This document shows, piece by piece, positions 63,370-64,000 of a stretch of DNA of 64,000 bases (the stretch's first letter is position 1; the number at the start of each line of letters is the position of its first letter). The notes under the pieces were generated by a model. That model worked only from the letters and a program-made list of their open reading frames with translations, had not been told where the DNA came from and did no database searches. The stretch is from Syncephalis fuscata S228 (Eukaryota > Fungi > Zoopagomycota), in the NCBI GenBank assembly GCA_025786725.1, contig JAHLTZ010000014.1:186001-250000 (forward strand), written 5' to 3'. The position numbers were made by a program, and so were the translations under genes.

Positions 63370-64000
63370 ATGGAAGACGAGCTCTACGAACAGCTTGTCA
63401 GATATTTACGACATAATGAACGCCCTACTAATATTACTAACCACAACTATAATCAATTTAAAGAAACAACAAAAAATTATATTCTTAGCAGTAACAACAC
63501 TTTATTTTATCTATCATCTAAACACAATCGCCCTCCTCTACGCGTCGTCCCCTTTAAAGAGGCACGACATATTTTACATTTACATCACGACAAAGCTAGA
63601 CACTTTGCGTACCAATCAACTTTAACTAGTATTAATCATAAGTATTTTTGGCCTGGCATGGAAAATGATATTCAGGCCTATGTTCGCGGATGCACTGCCT
63701 GTCAGCAACGTGCCCGACCACAACGTGTCCAACCCATGCGACCAATACCAGTGGTTGCACCATTTCATCGATTTGGTATCGATCTAATGACTTTACCACG
63801 TAGCAAATCCGGAAAAAGGTATATTATTGTAGCAATCGACTATCTAACTAAGTGGATAGAAACACGATCTTTAAAGCTTAAAACAGCTTCTAAGGTTGCA
63901 CAATTTATCGAAGAACAATTATTTCAGCGCTTTGGACTGCCAGCCGAGTTATTAACCGACCATGGTAAAGAATTTGCTGGAGCAGTCAATGACTTGTTGG
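63370..64000 (+). CDS. Integrase encoded as a separate ORF (runs off window)
   Basis: After TAG-TCT-TAA, an in-frame ATG opens MEDELYEQLVRYL...HHDKARHF...YFWPGM...CTAC...FGIDL...IVAIDYLTKW...FGLPAELLTDHGKEF (HHCC plus the first two catalytic Asp). Confidence 0.9.
   Translation, partial: MEDELYEQLVRYLRHNERPTNITNHNYNQFKETTKNYILSSNNTLFYLSSKHNRPPLRVVPFKEARHILHLHHDKARHFAYQSTLTSINHKYFWPGMENDIQAYVRGCTACQQRARPQRVQPMRPIPVVAPFHRFGIDLMTLPRSKSGKRYIIVAIDYLTKWIETRSLKLKTASKVAQFIEEQLFQRFGLPAELLTDHGKEFAGAVNDLL

Larger units (their letters stand above)
58106..64000 (+). mobile_element. Ty3/Gypsy LTR retrotransposon carrying a dUTPase (3' part beyond window)
   Basis: 5' LTR, PBS, gag with CCHC, pol with PR-RT-RH-dUTPase, and a downstream integrase ORF in Gypsy domain order. 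Confidence 0.95.

Noticed and set aside
63326-63625. 99-aa ORF overlapping the pol/integrase junction
   Set aside because: Alternative frame over the integrase with a non-ATG start and no recognisable motifs.

Overview
Eukaryotic, intron-rich, AT-rich fungal genomic DNA. Short GT-AG introns with CTAAY branch points, one U12-type intron and the gene content suggest an early-diverging (zygomycete-grade) fungus; that placement is inference. Housekeeping genes: POB3 (3' part), a WD40 gene, FOX2, KOG1/Raptor, FAR-17a/AIG1, CSN2, tRNA-Leu(AAG), a GIGYF/Smy2-like GYF gene, mitochondrial uS7m, an Rsc7/CRC-domain multi-PHD gene, RPA135 and a DUF3020 gene. Accessory content is richer. (1) A hidden minus-strand micro-exon gene at ~12.6-13.8 kb, invisible to the ORF track: a signal peptide and Kex2-type sites followed by ~12-13 exons of mostly 3 nt, generated by tandem duplication of an ~83-bp intron+exon cassette. 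(2) Three paralogous secreted His1 (LPMO-like) genes, two with CBM52-like modules. (3) A Ty3/Gypsy LTR retrotransposon with a -1 frameshift signal, an intact dUTPase at the end of Pol and a separately encoded integrase ORF. (4) A probable Fanzor/TnpB relic, MITE-like foldback repeats and an unexplained structured GC-rich island. The assembly appears to carry recurrent single-base deletions in G/C homopolymers that split several genes.
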